From Haliotis rufescens (Eukaryota): 64,000 nt of DNA. Within the stretch, counting starts at the first letter, position 1. The number at the start of each line of letters is the position of its first letter. Of the stretch, positions 63,895-64,000 are shown one piece after another. The notes under the pieces are model-generated. The model did not search any database. It saw nothing but the letters and a program-made list of their open reading frames with translations, and was not told the DNA's origin. The translations under genes were made by a program, and so were the position numbers. The stretch lies in the NCBI RefSeq assembly GCF_023055435.1, contig NW_025963968.1, positions 5,766,001 through 5,830,000 on the forward strand. The letters run 5' to 3'.

Positions 63895-64000
63895 ATGATG
63901 TGCTTTTAACGAAAAATGTTTTCTCGGAGTGACATGAGACGGATTTTTTTGAGTTTTGAGTTTTTGAGATTATGCTTTTGTGTCATGGTTTCTGTCTAAT

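Larger units (their letters stand above)
32791..64000 (+). repeat. Tandem gene array, six copies of gene C; unit ~5.17 kb (first unit 8.09 kb owing to extra sequence)
   Basis: Equivalent ORF starts at 34783, 42872, 48044, 53212, 58379 and 63547 (spacings 8089, 5172, 5168, 5167, 5168). Confidence 0.95.

Overview
Eukaryotic, AT-rich, repeat-dense genomic DNA. The SINE and LINE families look molluscan, most like abalone (Haliotis); this is inferred from repeat content only. Positions 1-17,000 hold no recognisable gene, only SINEs, 27-bp and 52-bp satellites, nested DNA-transposon MITEs and retroelement relics, including a hairpin element with a hammerhead-ribozyme-like core. From 17 kb to the end is a cluster of eight spliced genes for secreted, Cys-free, low-complexity proteins that the ORF track shows only as fragments. 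Two long Pro/Ala/Gln-rich paralogues (A on +, 573 aa; B on -, 434 aa) form a tail-to-tail inverted duplication. Six copies of a short 143-aa gene (C1-C6) follow in a ~5.17-kb tandem array that runs to the window edge. All eight share one architecture: TATA + Inr, a non-coding exon 1, a 73-nt coding part of exon 2 (signal peptide, phase-1 intron) and one large final exon. They also share a repeated C-terminal Y-D/N-x-L/F-...-L-x-(E/D)-x-L-D motif and an 18-bp promoter element, so they are read as one lineage-specific family. I cannot assign a known gene name. Most short ORFs in the track are artefacts of repeats.
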